Assembly (NCBI GenBank): GCA_034117325.1
Contig: JAXEPX010000009.1
Location: 3,208 to 67,207, forward strand
Origin: Phascolarctobacterium sp.
GTDB lineage: Bacteria; Bacillota; Negativicutes; Acidaminococcales; Acidaminococcaceae
Reading direction: 5' to 3'
Length of the DNA stretch: 64,000 nt
The position numbers were made by a program, and so were the translations under genes. This document shows, piece by piece, positions 60,812-64,000 of the stretch (the stretch's first letter is position 1; each line of letters opens with the position of its first letter). The notes under the pieces were generated by a model. The model was not told the origin of the DNA, ran no database searches, and saw nothing but the letters and a program-made list of their open reading frames with translations.

Positions 60812-61593
60812 TAGCCTTCCACCTCCATTAATGCTGCACGCGCATCCTTAGAGATGTGCTCCCAAATAATACGGATAAATTCAGCAATTTCCTCCGCATG
60901 CTCGGGCTTATCGCGGTCAGCACGAGGGATGTTGATGCTTAAAATTTTATTAACCTTACCGGGGCGACGGCTGAGCAGGACTACTCTGTCGGCTAGCATC
61001 ACGGCCTCTTGAATGTTATGAGTTACGTAAAGCGTGGTGAGACGCGTCTTTTCCCAGAGCGTAACGAGCTCCTCCTGCATAATGGTGCGAGTTTGCGCGT
61101 CGAGAGCGCTGAAGGGCTCGTCCATCAGGAGCAGGTCGGGCTCAATCGCGAGGGCGCGGGCGATGCCTACGCGCTGGCGCATGCCGCCGCTGAGCTGATG
61201 GGGGAAGGAGGTCTCGAAGCCCTTGAGGCCTACGAGCTCGATATAGTGCTTAATACGCTCTTCACGTTCGGCTGTGGGCATGCCAGCGGTCTCGAGACCA
61301 AAGGCAATATTATCATGCACATTGCGCCAGGGGAAAAGCCCCGTCTCCTGAAAGACGATGCTCATGCGGGGATCGTAGCCCGCCTCCATCTCGGTGAATT
61401 TGACAGTGCCGCTCGTGGGCTCGAGAAGCCCCGACGCGATGTTTAACAGTGTGGATTTGCCACAGCCAGAGGGCCCTACCAATGCTACAAATTCTTCCTC
61501 ATTAATGCTCAGATTAATATCCTGCAAAACGGGAAGCACTTTGCCATGGCTGGTGGTAAAATCCTTGCAGATTTTATCAATGACTAATTTCAT
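60811..61593 (-). CDS. NitT/TauT/SsuB-family ABC ATPase
   Basis: GPSGCGKST, LSGGMRQR, MDEPFSALD. Confidence 0.92.
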   Translation of the reverse strand: MKLVIDKICKDFTTSHGKVLPVLQDINLSINEEEFVALVGPSGCGKSTLLNIASGLLEPTSGTVKFTEMEAGYDPRMSIVFQETGLFPWRNVHDNIAFGLETAGMPTAEREERIKHYIELVGLKGFETSFPHQLSGGMRQRVGIARALAIEPDLLLMDEPFSALDAQTRTIMQEELVTLWEKTRLTTLYVTHNIQEAVMLADRVVLLSRRPGKVNKILSINIPRADRDKPEHAEEIAEFIRIIWEHISKDARAALMEVEG

Positions 61594-61720
61594 AAATCTT
61601 TATACCTCCATACTACCTTTATGCTAAGAGTATTTGCTTATATTTAGGCCAAAATGTCCAATTTTCTCAGCAGCTACTGCTTTATTAATAATAAAATAAG
61701 GAGCTTGTTTTACTATTAAT

Positions 61721-61752
61721 AAAGCAGGGAGGATTGCTCCACCCCTGCTTTT
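61721..61752 (-). terminator. Hairpin between the binding-protein gene and the ATPase gene
   Basis: AAAGCAGGG...CCCTGCTTT. Confidence 0.6.
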
Positions 61753-61765
61753 GTGAAAGACGAAA

Positions 61766-62782
61766 TTATTTTACAGCTGCTTCCTGGAAGGAGGTAATAG
61801 CTACGTCCTTCGCCTCCAGCTTGCCGGAGATCATTTTGTTAGCAGTGTACCATTTAATTTGGGTTTCGATATCGGAAGCGAGCAGCTGACCGTTTTTGTC
61901 AATGTAGGGCAGACCTGCTTTAATATCAGCAGCGGGAGCCTTAACATATTTGGAAACGATATTGACAACCTCTTCCAGCTTTTTCGCATCCTTTTTCTCG
62001 ACAGCTGCTTCATAATAGTAGTTGCATGCCTTCACATATGCCTTCATAAAGCGGGTAGCTGCGTCCTTGTTTTTCATGAACTCAGGAGAGTAGAAAATAG
62101 CGGAGGTTTGATAAGGAATCAAATCGCCAACTTGGACAACCAGCTTGCCGTAGCCAGCTTTTTGTACCTTGGTGATGTTGGGCTCGTTGAGAATGCAACC
62201 GTCGATTTGCTTGCTTTCCAGAGCTGCCATAACAGCGCTCAGCTTGCCCAGCGGTACTACTTCAACATCAGCGAGGCTCATGCCCTGGGTTTCCAGCATA
62301 CGACCGAGCATATATTGGAAGGTGGAGCCTTTTTGGGTAATACCAATGCGTTTGCCTTTGATATCTTTCAGGGATTTTACGCCTTTGTTGTAGTTATCGG
62401 TAGTAACGAGGAGTGCGGAGGAGGAATAGCCCTTCTGCTCACGACCCTTATCAGCTACGATGCCCAGCTTTTGGCCATTAGCAGCCATGTTGTAGAGGCT
62501 GGCAGTAATGCCGGTAGCACCTACATTGATCTTAGAGGAAGCAGTGGAAACTGCAATTGGATGGGCTGCGTCGAACCATTGGGGTTCGATTTCGATGGCT
62601 TCATCTGCGAAGAAGCCCTTATCCATGGCAATAAAGAGCGGTGCGCTACTGGTCAGACGGAGCATGCCCAGGCTTACCTTAACCTTTTCCTTCGGAGCTG
62701 CTTTTTTGGCGTCGTTGCCACCGCAACCAGCCATGACAAGCATCATGCACATGGCCATTAATAATGCTATAATTTTTCTCAT
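61766..62782 (-). CDS. SsuA/NMT1-like ABC substrate-binding lipoprotein
   Basis: Lipobox MAGC; SAPLFIAMDKGFF, KGKRIG, EPNIT. Confidence 0.88.
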   Translation of the reverse strand: MRKIIALLMAMCMMLVMAGCGGNDAKKAAPKEKVKVSLGMLRLTSSAPLFIAMDKGFFADEAIEIEPQWFDAAHPIAVSTASSKINVGATGITASLYNMAANGQKLGIVADKGREQKGYSSSALLVTTDNYNKGVKSLKDIKGKRIGITQKGSTFQYMLGRMLETQGMSLADVEVVPLGKLSAVMAALESKQIDGCILNEPNITKVQKAGYGKLVVQVGDLIPYQTSAIFYSPEFMKNKDAATRFMKAYVKACNYYYEAAVEKKDAKKLEEVVNIVSKYVKAPAADIKAGLPYIDKNGQLLASDIETQIKWYTANKMISGKLEAKDVAITSFQEAAVK

Positions 62783-62917
62783 ATAAATACTTCCCTTCTC
62801 CCATGCTACTGAGATAGAATATACGTAATTATTGTACACTATTTACTGTAAAAAAGCATTAGCATCAAGAAAAATTTTGCTTAAATATGAGCATTTTGTA
62901 AAAAAATGTCTGCTTTG

Positions 62918-62946
62918 TTACATTATTGGCTCAATAATGATATAAT
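62918..62946 (+). promoter_or_regulatory. Promoter with an 8-bp inverted repeat operator
   Basis: TTACAT-17-TATAAT with extended TG; CATTATTG-GCT-CAATAATG at 62921-62939. Confidence 0.65.
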
Positions 62947-63002
62947 GTAGTAAACAGTTTATGCTTATGCATAGCTTTAGCTTGCAGAAAGGATGTGTCC
63001 TA

Positions 63003-64000
63003 GTGAAAAGCTCACAAGGCTTATGGAAGATAAAATTAGTAACAGCTAGTTGCGCCTGCGCTTTTGGGATGCTTATGCCGCTGGCAGTAGAGGCGTCTGA
63101 CTTGTTGCTGGCAAGTACTAGCATAAAGCAGGAAGCGGGGCAAATGACGGTTGAGCTCTGGGGTGATAGGCTGCCAAGCGGGTATTTGGAGGACCTTTTA
63201 GTGGTACTGAAAAATGAGCAGGGAAAGCTGGTGACTGCCTATGCGCCCAGTATTAAGGGTGGGTATAATCCTACACTGCGTGCGGTAAAGCTTAAGCCTA
63301 GGTTCGCGGACAAGGAACAGAAGAATGAACAGCTTATGCTGAGTGTAGCTCAGGGTGATTGGCGGGCAGCAAGCGAGTTTCGTGTGTTAGATTTTAGCGA
63401 TGGCAAAAAGATCGAGGAAATTTTTAGCTCTGCAGATAATATGGGGCTCGTAACTAAAGCCCAAATAAAGGATGCTAAGCTTGAGGTTACACTAAAAGAT
63501 GGACAAAATAGTGCAACGAACTTGCCTGAAGAATTTGTCAAGGAGAAGCCCTTGGGGCGGCTTTATTATGGTGGTCTGTATGCTTTGACGCCGCATGATG
63601 TGGATGGCGATGGTCAGGAGGAGCTGTTTGGTACCCAGCAGCTAGTGATGGGCAAGCAGAATGTGGCTGATGTGGGCGCAGTTTGGCGCTTACAGGAGGA
63701 TGGTAGCTGGAAAAACAGTGCCTTTACTATTATGACGGTAACGCCCACGCCCGCAAGTAATACTGTGAATGATGGCTGTAGTATCGTCGGCGCTGCGGGT
63801 AAGCTAGGCGAAATTCTGCCTCGCCGCATAGTTGTGCCTGGCGGAGAAGCCACCTATCCGATTTTCGTTAGTGAAAGGGTGGAGCTGCAGAACGATGTCA
63901 ATAAGCTTTTGGCGGAGGAATGTAGCGAATACTTGGAGCGCTTTTATAAGGGGCAAGCAGATATGGCCTTTAAGGTCATGAATAAGGATGAACGAATTTT
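63003..64000 (+). CDS. Exported hypothetical protein, partial (runs off window; absent from ORF track)
   Basis: RBS GAAAGGA, GTG start, signal-like N-terminus, frame open to the end; DVDGDGQEEL Ca-binding-like motif. Confidence 0.8.
   Translation, partial: MKSSQGLWKIKLVTASCACAFGMLMPLAVEASDLLLASTSIKQEAGQMTVELWGDRLPSGYLEDLLVVLKNEQGKLVTAYAPSIKGGYNPTLRAVKLKPRFADKEQKNEQLMLSVAQGDWRAASEFRVLDFSDGKKIEEIFSSADNMGLVTKAQIKDAKLEVTLKDGQNSATNLPEEFVKEKPLGRLYYGGLYALTPHDVDGDGQEELFGTQQLVMGKQNVADVGAVWRLQEDGSWKNSAFTIMTVTPTPASNTVNDGCSIVGAAGKLGEILPRRIVVPGGEATYPIFVSERVELQNDVNKLLAEECSEYLERFYKGQADMAFKVMNKDERI

Overview
Mostly core chromosome of a diderm Firmicute. Negativicutes is inferred from Firmicutes-type pcrA-ligA, gatCAB and comG-like genes alongside outer-membrane FadL and an autotransporter; an Acidaminococcales/Phascolarctobacterium-like host is a guess. 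Coding content: GS III, an AmtB-PII fusion, an HTH-AAA-PD-(D/E)XK protein plus an HD protein, a YbhGFSR-like efflux operon with TetR, ftsH, pyc, a ComG/type IV pilin cluster, ttcA, pcrA, ligA, a Zn ABC transporter, purC, cysK, hydE-like, mnmA, korDABC, Rrf2, gatCAB, alr and a SsuABC-like transporter. No IS, prophage, CRISPR, tRNA or rRNA was seen. The most interesting signals are non-coding or missed by the ORF track: (1) a complete type I toxin-antitoxin locus at 27.44-27.75 kb; (2) an autotransporter held out of frame by a G9 tract; (3) three families of dispersed palindromic elements, two with compensatory base changes, and a local reversal of third-codon-position skew around the one inverted family-1 copy; (4) an orphan ~250-nt structured RNA with T-box-like antiterminator geometry but a non-canonical bulge, between purC and cysK; (5) a duplicated terminator bracketing the efflux cassette; (6) two small genes below the ORF cutoff. 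All assignments come from reading motifs by eye; no database searches were run.
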